Source of the DNA: Balanoglossus misakiensis
Taxonomy: Eukaryota; Animalia; Hemichordata
NCBI GenBank assembly: GCA_040954595.2
Contig: CM082579.2
Coordinates: 8,359,625 to 8,423,624, forward strand
Reading direction: 5' to 3'
Length of the DNA stretch: 64,000 bases
In this document: positions 1 to 37,995 of the stretch, piece by piece
Position numbering within the stretch: position 1 is the first letter of the stretch
How the letters are laid out: each line of letters begins with the position of its first letter
The notes under the pieces: model-generated
What the model was told of the DNA's origin: nothing
What the model saw: the letters and a program-made list of their open reading frames with translations, nothing else
The model's database searches: none
Position numbers and translations under genes: made by a program

Positions 1-273
1 TGCATCCACAGATCACCAATACACGCCATCCCATCTGTTATTCTAACTTTACCTCGCCCCGCAGTACACACATAAATCACGTGACACAAATTACAGACTG
101 GGATGATTTTGATATTGCAGGCATCGTCTGGAGGAGCGTGTTTCACGAGAGATGCGCAGCTCTGTCCCCACCTATTACTATTCATGAAAGCCCCGGCTGT
201 GCTGTGCGCATGCTCGCCACGGCGGCGTGGCAGATCGAGTTAGGCGGAGGAGAGGAGATAGGCGTCTCGCGGG

Positions 274-349
274 ATGGGCGAAACAAGCCGTCGTTTGGAA
301 GTGTAGAACGGGGCAAATGGCCAGCTTTGACGGCAGAATAAAAAAGTGA
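274..349 (+). promoter_or_regulatory. Two 10-aa upstream ORFs in the putative GRIA 5' leader
   Basis: ATG274-TAG306 (MGETSRRLEV; G at -3 and +4) and ATG317-TGA349 (MASFDGRIKK), the latter ending 4 nt before the main ATG at 354. The TSS is unknown. Confidence 0.45.
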
Positions 350-353
350 CACC

Positions 354-25279
<24,926 letters not shown>

Positions 25280-27403
25280 CGTCAGCGTCCCAAGTATGAC
25301 ATCACACGAGAGTGGGGAGATTTACACACTGAACATCCTCAGCACTGAGGAGTCGAGCGCGCCACAGTAGAACCCACTTCCAAGAACGCCATACTCTCCA
25401 GTCTAACCAACACAGGCAGACAGACAATTGAAATCAAATGTAAAACCGTATTTTCCCAAGAATTTCATACAATTTTGACTCAATTATAAATAGTGATATC
25501 CGTCGTCAGTTACGTGTATGTACGTGAGGAATATGCAAATGATCATGTTGTATTGGAAATCGTTTACACTCTCAGACAACATCCTCCGTTGTCGTATATT
25601 AGCTAATAAATTGTTTCCATCTTCTAATTAGTAATCGTGTCTGGGTTATTCTTTTCCACATATCAATGCTCTCGCTCACGTACTCGAGTAATTAAAAGTG
25701 ATGATTTTCGCTAGCTCTTACCGCAAAGCGTGTAATGTCTCAATTAATTATCTGTCCAACCTGATGTGGAAGCTAAACTTCCGAACTGACAATATATTTA
25801 CAAAGTTTGCTGGAATGACATTCTTGCAAACTACAGATATTCCTGTGCGTGCAAACTGTGCATGTACGCATATACATGCGCATGACCCACTGCCCACGTT
25901 GATTAACTTGAACAATTTCACCTATACGTTTATTTTCCAATACATCAAATCACTTACTAATATAACAAAAACAATGCTACTTACACGTACATGTTCCGCA
26001 AATAGAGTTAGTAGATATTTATCCAATCAATTGTTACAAGCTAATTTAAAAAAAATAATATATCTGTGGTGAAATGTGATGCATTAGAGAATGATTGCTT
26101 AAGTGTTATTACGAACCCCATGTATATTTAGTTGCATCGACAAGACATGTCCACTGCGGGTTTTCTGATGTTAAACTGATCTATCAAACAAACCGCACGG
26201 CCATCTTCTTGGGCAATACATGTATGCATTCGGCGCCAGCTCTCGAGTAATAAGACGATATGGCGACTGAGCAATTAAGATGCCGTCTCAGCAAATTAAA
26301 TCGGGCCGTGACGTCGAAGCACTCTCATCATATTCCAGTTAAAACTGATTTCAATCAGTTTATTCCATACATCTGTCGTGGAACATGTGGGTAAGTGCCG
26401 AATTTCTTTGGCCTCAACATTTCGTCGCTCGAATAGAACAGTTGAGAAGTTCCATGCTACTTGCAACACTCTGAAGACGATGTTGTTCAGAGGCAAGCCG
26501 CAGTATACTATAAAGATTCAGGTCACGTGCAGCTTGTGGTATAATTCGTCTCTAATCCATACTTAAGTATTATATAGTGCCGGTATATTTTCCATAAATT
26601 AATTTGTCACTTTGCATTCATTTGGCAATGCATTCACTTCGTAATAAAGTGGCGTCGGTTTATATTAGAAACTAAATGCCGTGTGTAATAAACTTTTACG
26701 ATGTCGGAAAACGTTTACCTTGTATAAGTATACGGCAATGCGGAAATACTGCGGTATCATGTCTAAACATTTGGTGAGCTTCTCTGTACTGGTTCCATGC
26801 GCTTGTTGGCTTTCATTTTATTTGTTAGCTCGCTTTCTACCAGGGCATTATCTGGTCATTGATACCTTTTTATATAATCCACACGTGCGTGTGTACATGT
26901 ATGCTTTGGAGTGAAAGAAGCTACCCGTATATACATGACTCTCTCAAGGCGTACGTTTACAACTGCCTCGCACGCTGCCATAAGTATTAATAACAGACTT
27001 CGAACGTATCCGTATGACCCCCGAGTGGTTGTAGAAAATTGAGATTAAATTTCAGTTCCCTGCCATCGACCAATGGATGTATATACACACAAGATTCGGC
27101 TTAGCACAGCTGCAACCCTCGACATGTATTCCCAATTTGCATACGAAAGGCAGTCACACTGCGTTGCGAACGTTCTCATCGATTTCCCAGTGTACAGTTC
27201 GCTGTCATTGGACACTTGAAAGGAGTGGCGCTGGAGCCCGGATCAATAACATCAATATCCCTTTTTCTCCGCTGGAGATAGACAAGAAAATACACTCCTC
27301 AATTTGCACGTACGTCGAACGTCTTCGCAGAAGTTACCGACTCCGACAGGCGCGTCGACGCTTCACACGGCATTCCAGCACAGCAGCGAGAGAAGCCGGC
27401 AAA

Positions 27404-29501
27404 ATGTTCCCGACGTCTTCACTTTCAGCGATCGTCTGCCTCGTCGGATTGCTTGTTTTCCACTCCGGTTTTGCCATCGCCGAAGAGGGAAACATCAGGT
27501 AAGGCGCTCCAACCCACGTTCTGCGTGTAACGTCGATATTTTTTAGACTGCATACGTGACACGATTATGTCATGCTTTGATCTCATCCAATGTGTGTGCC
27601 AGCTGCTTAATATACGACAGAAAATGTTTGCTTGCAATTTCAGAAACGCTCCCGATTGAAACACAACATCATTTTTACGCAGGTACTACGACCAAGCTAG
27701 TTACGGATGGCTCCTGAATTTAGCCCAAGGAAACCAACACGAATCTCATTGACAGTGTTTATCTGTAGCAACATACCCTTTTAAAAGTGAAATACAATAT
27801 TAAGATTATTACATAGTTTAATTCCATCTCTCTTTGATCTTCACAACCAGCGAGGACAAATCTAAGGAACTGGCCGCGAATATAACCAAAGTCCTGGGCG
27901 AGCTGCTGGATGGCTATGATAAAAGACTGAGGCCGTACTATGGCGGTGAGCATTATTTCATTTATGAATTATTGATGAAAAATGGTCACTTATCCTGGTG
28001 GGAAGTGGTGCACAACCTGTATTGTATTGTTGTTCACTTCCCCTTTCTATCGACCTCTCTCCAATCCCCCCTCTATCCCCTTCCTCCCCCTCAAACGTAC
28101 CACACAAACACATATGCAAGTCGTGCTACCTAAAGACACGATGTGAGATATAGAAGCAAGGAGATATCTCAGATGTAAATAAATCATCTTCGACTGCGAC
28201 AGACACTCGAAACCCAGCGATCGTTACAAACACTGCCTTGTTATATTCCTTGCCTGCAATAAGAGCTTACCTATATCCCTGTTACTGAGATATACACTGT
28301 GTACATTCAGCCCACTTGCAAATAACGGAATTAGCCATTCCCATTTCAGTGATGAAAAGTAGTTTGTAAAATCGCGCCAACTGAGACAGAGTATAGACTG
28401 TTTTCAATACTTTACAACGCACTACACAGTGACCAGGTTAGAACAGTAACGACATACACATGGAAGCAGTGTGTTTTAAATTTTGGCCTGCTTGCTGGAA
28501 ACGTAAATTGTCATGTTTTGGCACTAAACGTTACCCTAAAATTTTAAAACAACCACTCGACGTGTTTCGATGAGCAGAACACGCTGATCTCTCAATGAGA
28601 CACAAAAGAAGTGTTGAGTAACAACAGTTCATCACTTGGCATTTGTGTGCATCAGAGATTTCGGCGAATGGTATTTTCCTTAAACTGTCACGCAGAAATA
28701 TAGGCCTATGCTGACACAACGAAATCAATTTACACCATTAGTGTAAACAGTTTCTCACGCAAGAAGGGTACGTGACTGATAGCCTATACATGTACACAAG
28801 GCGCACTGCGGTTATTTTTTCCGTTGACCACTATAAAGAGGACCAAATCGACATTTTCCGGCCGATTACCAGGGAACAATAAATCCTAGTTGTCATTACA
28901 GTCTCATTGTGCAGAATTATCGGAGCATGAAGCCCGCGATGTTTTGGCACTTTCCACCAGTTCCAAATTTTAACATTCCACACTGAAATGGCATTCTAAA
29001 TATCATCTTTTTCGTGTAATTTTAATATATCGTTAATTTTGAAATATCCAGATCACGTGACCTGATGTCATCACCGACGCTTTGGGCGACAGCAAGCGCT
29101 CGCGGAGAGGTGAATAGAATCATATGAAATTCATAGTAAAATGGAACTACTCGAAAAAAACTGTAATCTAATTGGCTTGATTAGAGCGAGATTCAGCACG
29201 ATCGACGATAATGGGCTGAGAAAGCGGCGCTGTTTTCAATGCCGTATGAATTATAGGACGGGTTTTTAAAAGTCTTGCCCCTTGGGTTATTTTGTCGAGT
29301 CACGTTCAACTGCCGCCATTATCAGGAATAAACGGACACTCCAAGAAATTAATGACCGAAATGAACAAAGACGCGGTGAATTAGTCACGCTGAATGCTCT
29401 CCTTGCAATATTTAAAAAAAAATGTGTTTCGTCGCACGCTCCAAACATGCACCCAGCCTCATGTGTGCATATATATGCCCGTTTGCACGTATACAGACAG
29501 G

Positions 29502-29536
<35 letters not shown>

Positions 29537-32500
29537 GCAGGCAGGCAGGCAAGCAGGCAGGCAGGCAGACAGACAGACAGACAGACAGACAGACAGGCAG
29601 ACCAGCACCGTGCACGCTTATTCTCGATGATGACGGACTCATCAATAAATTCTACAATGTAAATGCGACCTGCGTATTTTCAAATAATGATATCAAGATA
29701 GTAACAACCAACCAATTTGATGGATGGTGCAGCCTCAACATATCGATTAGATACCTTCTGCCATTTCAAATTCACTGATAAATTTGAAGATTACCCGCAT
29801 GTGATGGATAGGAATATCTATGGAATTGGACTGTAGCCCAATTTTATGTACAATTGACAGAAATGTTGATAAAATGCATAAAATATGTGGCGTGCTGCTC
29901 AGCACTCTGTGACTTCCGCATTTTCTTTCCGTGAAAACAGAATACGTTGGCAGACATAACCTAAATGCATCAATTCGTATCATTTACGCCGTTTAGTATA
30001 GCTTCCTTCAAGTTGACACGTCGACCAATGATGCTAATGCCCAAGGAAGTATTGACTCTTTAAATTTGTATTACTTGTAGGGAAACCTGTTTATGTTAAT
30101 ATTTCCATGTTGGTGTATAATATCGGACCTATTGTAGCAACGACAATGGTAAGTGAAATATTTTCATTGAAATATTCTTCCTTTTCTGATATCATCCTAG
30201 GTCCCCAACTTTTCTGTTTCTGTATTTAATTTTCTGAATTTTCAATAACGATTAAAGTTTATTGTACTCTGCTGGGTGTGTTCATCTCAGGAGCTATAGT
30301 AAAACATCTTGATTCACGATGGAACAGATTCGACTCAAACCCTTTTACGTAAATTACTCCGACTGTAATTCATAAACTGTTCGCATTCTTTGACATCTTG
30401 TTTAATACCATCACGACTTTTCATTCTCTGGGGGAAGGTATTATACTTAAAAGAAAGCTTGATTGCGCCAGTATGTCTGATATGATCAATTTTAATAGTT
30501 TTCTTTCGCGATTAATATACAAGATTAAAATCGAGCCAAAATCGATAAATACCAGATTAATTCGGGGTACAAAGAAAACGTTTTTATTCGGAGGTTTTGC
30601 ATGTTTAGTGCATTTCCGAATAACCTCGATTTATTGCGAGTAATACAAACTGAAGGTTTAAAATCCTTTGATTATTTTTTGATAAATTACTCAAATTTTC
30701 TAGCCAAGATAAATAAGTTAAATAAGTTAATAGATCACATGATAGTCTAAATGTTAAGACATTCGTATTAGAGAGTCCTAAACTAAGGACACCCCCACCC
30801 ACCCCAAAACAAAAAGGACCGGAAGATATCAGGTCAAGCGAAGTAGACAACTGTTCTGCGAAAGTGTCTTAAATGCAAGCATTCATCATTTATAATACCA
30901 GATTCACGCCTACATTTACGATTAATATGAAAGTAATTTCTCTGTCTGTAACTGAACGGTTTTGCGTGCATTGTTGTAAACATTGCCAAGGCTGCCTGAT
31001 CACACCTGCCGCCCTATGGCCATCCGCGGATTCCGCTATTAGCAAAAACAACTGAAATATCCGAGCCCCTGGGTAAGATTGCATTCAGGTTTCCGCGCAC
31101 TAATTTGTACAGGCGCGGGTTTCAATCAAATTTCAATCTTGCGGCCATTTATTCGTTCTTTGACGAGAAGCAGCTGATGCCGTTGACAATAGAGTGCTCA
31201 ATCAATCTCTACCATGCCAGGTCACTTAATTGATTGTCGCTTCACGCGCAAGATGTTGTGAGTCAAAAACTAGGCCAGATTATCCCAATCTCTGACGTGG
31301 TTTAGCGTGTTTTTCTCAACTTTGCGCATGAGCGTTGTTCATTAAAGTGAACTAGTCTCCGTCATGCATGCATGCTTCGGTTTTAAGAAGTCTGCTGTAT
31401 TTTTACATTTTGTTTACGACTAGGAGTGTCTTTATTTTGAAGATATAATTGTGCGCTTTGCTTCTTCGTGTTTTAAATTACTGTAGGCCTATATCAACTT
31501 ATGAGAACATGTCTGAATGAAATCGTGTAACAAATTGCATTCTGGGCGCGGCGACATTACTGGGTTTAATGCAGGTATTGATGAGAATGAAAACGTATAG
31601 CCTTGCCTTCCAGTCCTGTTTCTGTGAACGAATTGCATAAGAAACACCCCTTGGTGATATATGTAAAAGTTTAGGGGAGAGACTTTTGTGATGAGATAGT
31701 GCTCGCATCGGCATTGTGCTTAGTTCTTTTAAGTCGACGACATACATCAAAGTATTGGCTTTTCTTTGAATGCCCCCTGTTTGTCATCTGAGATGTTGCG
31801 TGCATACACGGCGATTTATGAAAAAATACCGGATATCTATTCAGCAAAAGACCTCACAAATGAATACATACAACGCGACTCCATCTTGGCACTCATTGAC
31901 AGGAATGGGTCGACGGGTCTAGAATAATGAAAACATTATCAGTTGGATTTTCTTCGGTTAGGTGCATAAATGGACACAGATTGTGTACTGTAAGCATTGT
32001 TCTAAAACCTGAAATGTAGTATTTTGTATGGCAACAAGGCACATGGTCCTGAATTTGCACGTTATTTGTATAATACTAGTAGACTAAGTGCACATATATC
32101 TTCCTTTTATAGGACTACAAACTTGACATGTACTTTCGTCAGATGTGGCTCGACAACCGGCTGAAGTTCGATCTGGATAACGACCTAGTTCTGAACGCCG
32201 ACATCCTCAGTCGTATCTGGCTCCCGGACACGTATTTCGTCAACGAAAAGAATGCCTATTTTCACACAGTGACCAACCCCAATTCGTTGATACGGATATC
32301 ACCCAACGGGAGGGTGCTCTATAGCACGAGGTGAGAGAGGTTTTGAGAGTGGGGAAGCATAGCCAACCAACATTAAGATGCGATATGATTTATGATATAC
32401 CTATAGAGATTATGTCTATGCACGTACAAGCGTATACGGTGATTACCAATTTGTGCAAGATGGCGACGGAGTTCGTGCGCATCCTCACTTCACGATATGA

Positions 32501-35014
32501 CCTAGATAACAACAGAATCAGCTATTTGTGTTCACCGGCCCTGTTATCTCTGCAAGGACCGAATATAGCACGATTCCTTTATTGTTAGAATTCCAGGAAG
32601 CATCTCGACAAATACGACAGCTCACTAAATTGAAATCCAAACCCTAATGTTCGATCAACCAATCGTCAGTGTCAACCTTGAAATTTCTAACGACAACCAA
32701 GATCTTTTTCGATCCGTTTTGGAGCTTGCTACAATGTAAATGTACCGGGATTGCGTCCAAAATTATTATGATATGTATGATATGTTGGGTTGTACGTGTG
32801 ATGAGATATAGTTAATGATCTTCGCGTATATTCCTGCTACAATTATATTTCATAACGTTCTCCCACTGCAGGGGTTCTCGTTTGAAAATCTCGATCGCGA
32901 ATGCATTGATTTCAATCGATTTTCCCCCGATGCGATGGTATATAAGTTTCAAAACAATCTCATGCATTTCACTGGCAGACGACAATTTGTGTAGCGAAAA
33001 AATCTATGCGCGGCGGGTTTAAGATGGCGTCATTCTGGTTATGGATGCAATTATCACATATAAGGAAAGGTGTTAGACAGTGCAGGCAGGAGCATTTTAA
33101 CTATGGCAACGTGGCTGATAGTCCGCGAACACGTTTACAATTTTAATTTGTGAAAATGAGTTTTTGAAGAAGCCTAAGCATTGTCTGTCTCTCCTTTTCT
33201 GATGTTAAGAATATCGGTACTAGCCAGCTGCCCCATGGATCTGAGATATTTTCCGTTTGACCAGCAGAAGTGTTCTATCGTATTGGAAAGTTGTAAGTAT
33301 TCACATGTCTGGGCAGAGGTTAACAAAACAAATATTTGGCACCATCGGATATAAGCCTCAATTGTTTCTATTGAGCAATGTTTCGTTTATATTGACTTGC
33401 GTATAGTAGATGTCCTAATAATTAAATATATTTTGGTCAAAAGAAATATCGTATTCATTGATTTTAAGTAGAAGGATTACATTTTTAACAATCGCTGATA
33501 AAATGTTTACAGATCGTTTGTCATTAGTTTGTCTGCATTGTGATAAACAATCCTCAGAAATAAAATTGTCAGAGGCTTATTTTTGAGACCATATATTTCA
33601 GACCCTCCATAGAAATTATGTGTAAAGCCTCTGAAACACAAGTAAAGCACGTTGAAAACACATAGTGTAACATCCAGACAAATTTGTTTGACTTTTGATC
33701 ATACTGATGTAAACACCTCCATTAAAACAAAAAAAACGTTTCTCTACAGATGCGTACAGCACACGTGACATCGATTACCAATGGGTGCTCGAAGGGCCCA
33801 TCGGTCTTGTGGATGGCATAGAGTTGCCGCAGTTCTCACTTTTAGGTTACAACAATCGAAAGTATAGCGCCATCTATGTTGGTAAGTCTGATATCCGATT
33901 TCTCATACAAGATTGGCAATATATTCACATATACATGTACTTGTGTGTAACGGAGAGAGTTTGACAATCACGTGTTATATCATTGTTATCTTTCAGTTGG
34001 CAACTACACTCAACTCATCGCGGATTTCTACTTCGTGCGCAACCTATCGTACTACATCATCCAGACATACTTCCCCGCCATACTCATCGTCATCCTGTCG
34101 TGGGTGTCGTTCTTCGTGAACCGCTCGGCCACCCCGGCGCGCGTCGCCCTGGGGATCACCACCGTCCTCACCATGGCAACCATCATGGCCAGCACCAACA
34201 GCTCCCTGCCCAAGATCTCCTACGTCAAGGCCATCGACGTCTTCCTGGAGGTCTGCTTCCTCTACGTCTTCGCCTCGCTCATCGAGTACGCCACGGTGAG
34301 CTACTACAACAAGCCGCGCTACCACGAGGCGCGCAAGCAGAGGCGAGCCAAGAAGGAGTCGGTGGACATCGAGATGAACTCGGCGGCAGTTATGGACCAC
34401 CGGGGAGGAACGCGTAGCGAATTGTACGCTGAACCACGACCTGACGACATCGTAAGTATTTCTGGGGATTTTTAAAGGCACACTAACTGTAAATAAAGTT
34501 ACTATAATCTGCAGCCCTATAGTTCTATAGACTATGTTACTCAAAAGGTTGTACCGTCCACTTCTATCTTTTGGAACAGGACGAAGGAAGTATTAAGTGT
34601 AATGACATCAACGAATTCGACATGTCGTCCATAGACCCCGAGGACGTGGACGAGTGCGAGGTGCAGTACCACGTCAGCAGCACGCCGTCTCACAACCAAC
34701 ACGAGCGGGGACGCAAACCAACGGCGACCGGCAACAACAACCAGCAGCAGCAGCCGCAACAACACCAAGACCACTTCGTCCAGCAGATCGCCTCGAGCTT
34801 CGCCTTCCCGCACCAGTCGACCGGAGTGACGGGCAAGATACGCCTCAAGTTCAAGGACCTGAAAGAGCAGGGCCTCCCCGCCAGCAAGATCGACATCTAC
34901 TCGCGAGTGCTCTTCCCGTTGTCGTTCACGATCATCAACGTGGTGTACTGGAGCTACTACTTGACCGTGACCGACTACAGCTTTGCAGAGCTGCTCGCCC
35001 GAGACGCTCAGTAG
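27404..35014 (+). CDS. Cys-loop ligand-gated chloride channel subunit, RDL/GABA-A beta-like
   Basis: Exons 27404-27498 (signal peptide), 27851-27945 ([11 protein letters not shown]), 30081-30148, 32113-32330 (YFRQMW; [12 protein letters not shown]), 33210-33292 (Cys loop [15 protein letters not shown]), 33750-33881 (ELPQF), 33997-34451 (M1-M3; [16 protein letters not shown]...[11 protein letters not shown]), 34580-35014 (M4 [11 protein letters not shown]). The PAR motif indicates anion selectivity. Confidence 0.95.
29494..29601. repeat. (CAGA)n/(CAGG)n microsatellite
   Basis: Directly visible in intron 2 of the Cys-loop gene. Confidence 0.95.
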
Positions 35015-36867
35015 AACAGTTATAAAGGGGGGGGGGGGGGCAGCAATGTGTATAATTATAAACGGGTTGAACTTGGGCATTATTAAAAAGGATGCCGAAC
35101 CAGGAAATAAATAAAAAAAATCACTCGAATGAGTGTAAAGCACGGGCGCACGTAGTAGTACAACCCTTCATCAACAAAAAATGGCTGATGAAGGGCTGTC
35201 CCTGAAATGTATTGTTCTTTATTCTTCTTGAAGCGTTTTCTTTCTGACTGGTTCTGCTTCTTTTTAGGCTCGTACTTATGCAGCTTTTAACCTTGTTGTA
35301 TAGGAGTTGTTTCTTTTTGTCAATTTGAACATGAGTATTACTATGTCTCGGGCAATCTGCAATTAACAGTAACAACTAATTTCACATAGAGTGTCTGTCA
35401 CGGAGCTAGGATTTTTTTGTATATCGCCAAACATACAATATTGCATGTGTATAGATGGTGAGACAGAATCTGTACATTTTGTCAGTGACTGTAGTCCATA
35501 AGCGTTCAATTCGTATGGTAATATATATAGTCGGTACCATTAGATTGTGAAACTTTATAACTGATATCTTTAAACATGCTGATCGTCGTGTATTCAGGGA
35601 CATGTGTTTTATGATTGATGTCGAAGTTGATGATACAGTAAGTTAACTCTGTGTGTATTTGCGGGCAATGAAATATTGTCGGTTTAGATACCTATTAACC
35701 TTTGAAATCTCAGTACTTGTTGCCGACTAGCAATAAGTTATTAATTTTAGCAATATGATTGTAAAACTTCACTGTTTTACGTAATACTATTAACTGTTTT
35801 AGTTGTGTGGAGATGGATTTCACGGTAATAACTTTTTATAACTAGGTTTGCCTTGACAGGGATGATGTCGAAAGATTTACTTGTGTATATAGATTTTCAT
35901 GATTGTGTAAATTGTTAGTGAAAACTGAGACACTAAATATGTTCTGTGTAACGTAATATATTTTTAAATACAAACGTGGCGGTTGGCAACACTTGTGGCC
36001 ATCGTTACATATATACCTTGCAAGTAGATGATAGATTTCTGAATAAAATCGCCGATTCCTGAATTGCATCAATCTTGATATGTCACTTGAGGGCGCTGTC
36101 AGTCGGTCACGTCATACAATGATTGTAAATCAAGGATTTTCAAGCAAGAGATGCTTTTACAGTAATGTTATGCTATTGATTCCACTTGTACAAGAATAAA
36201 TTTTGATCCCGTTTAAAGAAGGAATATCGTGATCATGTATATACATATTTAACCGTCGCTTTAATTTCAACCCCCAACAAAACTAAATGTACAGTATCAC
36301 ACACGTCAAACTAAAACTCCACATTGAATGATCATATACATGTCTGTAACCGTGGACATTGGGAATCTATGATCATGCGCAGTTGAAAAGAATACATGAG
36401 TTACTATGGAACTCGCTCGATTGCAAAGCTCGTCGAATTTTCATACAAGCTATGCTTCAGCGATCACAAATTTAGTAATGCGGTATTTATATGTCGAGTT
36501 GCTCGTTTTGTCGTGAACATTTGTACATTGCATTTGGCACATACTAGTGTAAGGATATGGTAATCATTTGTGAGCAGTCACTCAAAACACACCGATTATA
36601 TAACATGGTGAACTAGCTATACACAAAGTCCGAACCGCGGAGAATGCAGTCAGCTTTTCGTCGAATGGCGACGGGGTCAAATGTTTGTTTAGGAGTTGTC
36701 TTGATTTTAAAATAATTCCAAACATGAATTTATAACTTATTACATATATGGTGGACGTTCACTATAGACCGATTAACAAGCATTTTCCTCTTGACAAGGG
36801 CTTGATTTTTTACAAAGCAATGCTTTTCTTCGCACAGTGAATGCATCGAAGGACTTTCTCCGTCGCA

Positions 36868-37995
36868 TCAACAGTGAAAGGCCTTGATCTTGTGGCAACC
36901 GGAATCGGCGACGTAGACAGTGCCGCTTGTCGCTATGGCGACACCTTCGGGATACTTGAGCCCGTCGCCTTCGGAGTCGATCCTCCGAATGTATCTTCCC
37001 CAGTACGTGAACATTTGGAGCCGGCGCAGTCTGCTGTCCGCCACGATGAAGTTTCCGAACCGGTCGACTGCTACGCCGCTCGGGCAAAGGAACTCTCCGT
37101 CACCCTTGCCCTTGCTGCCGAACTTCCTCAGGAACCGACCCGTGCCGTCGAAGATTTGCACCCGGCAGTTCTGCGTGTCTGCCACGGCCAGATCCCCGCT
37201 CTTCGTGATCGCCAGGTGCTTGGGTTGGCACATCTCTCCGTCGCCGTCGCCCATGCCGCCGAACTGGCGCGCCAGCTCGCTGTCGGCGTCGAACGTGCGG
37301 ACGGTGTTCGACCAGACGTCGACAACGTTGACGCCTCCGTCGCCGTCGACGACGACACCGCCGGGCATGTGCAGATGACCCTTGCCGATCTCCCTCACCA
37401 CGTCCCCGGTCAGGGTGCAAACGATAACCCGCTTGTTGTTGATGTCCGATGCGTACACCAGTTCTTCGCCGTCGTCGCCGCCGCCGTTTCGTGCGATCGA
37501 AATGCAAGAGGGCACGAACTTCTCCTCGAGGTGATCGAGGGTGATCTTGCGCTTGTATTTCCCCTCCTCGTCGAAAATCTGCAACCGGTTCTTGCAGTCT
37601 GCGACAACGACGTCGCCGGTGCGCGTCGTAGCCACCGACTGCGGCTTGTACAGGTATCCGTCTCCGCTGCCCTTCTCGCCGTACTCGAAGACGAGACCTT
37701 TCTTCTCGCTGACGTCCTTCACGTTCGCCCGCAGGTACTCCACAAGATTCCTGATGAAGATATTATTGGTGAAGCCATCAGCGCCCTCACTCGGCAGCGC
37801 ACTGGCCTCCCTACATACGGGGCACGTCAGAACCCTCTGGATTTTCCTCGACACTATCCAGCGCTCGAGACAAGGGCAGCAAAAAGTGTGTTGGCATGAC
37901 AGCAGTTTTGGCTTCTGATAACACGAAAAGCACAGCGCGCACGTCAGGAACTCGTCACGCAGCTGACCGGCCAGTTCGGATGCATTAGTCACCAT
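36868..37995 (-). CDS. RING finger + NHL-repeat E3 ubiquitin ligase (TRIM2/3-like RING; no B-box, coiled coil or filamin)
   Basis: 375-aa ORF: C3HC4 RING (CALC...CQHTFCCPC...CPVC), TRIM-type post-RING motif NNIFIRNL, then ~6 NHL repeats (e.g. FGSKGKGDGEFLCPSGVAVD). Good Kozak context. Probable 5'UTR intron 38017-39089 and a minus-strand CCAAT at ~39236-39240. Confidence 0.92.
   Translation of the reverse strand: MVTNASELAGQLRDEFLTCALCFSCYQKPKLLSCQHTFCCPCLERWIVSRKIQRVLTCPVCREASALPSEGADGFTNNIFIRNLVEYLRANVKDVSEKKGLVFEYGEKGSGDGYLYKPQSVATTRTGDVVVADCKNRLQIFDEEGKYKRKITLDHLEEKFVPSCISIARNGGGDDGEELVYASDINNKRVIVCTLTGDVVREIGKGHLHMPGGVVVDGDGGVNVVDVWSNTVRTFDADSELARQFGGMGDGDGEMCQPKHLAITKSGDLAVADTQNCRVQIFDGTGRFLRKFGSKGKGDGEFLCPSGVAVDRFGNFIVADSRLRRLQMFTYWGRYIRRIDSEGDGLKYPEGVAIATSGTVYVADSGCHKIKAFHC

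Noticed and set aside
27077-27403. In-frame 109-codon upstream extension of the Cys-loop gene
   Set aside because: It would bury the signal peptide that starts at ATG 27404, and it shows no protein-like features; probably 5'UTR or promoter.
33983-35143. Long alternative-frame and antisense ORFs (123-200 aa) over the last exons of the Cys-loop gene
   Set aside because: Explained by GC-rich codon usage lacking off-frame stops.
36841-37899. 352-aa plus-strand ORF and other ORFs overlapping the RING-NHL gene
   Set aside because: Antisense or off-frame shadows of a GC3-rich coding exon; no recognisable motifs.
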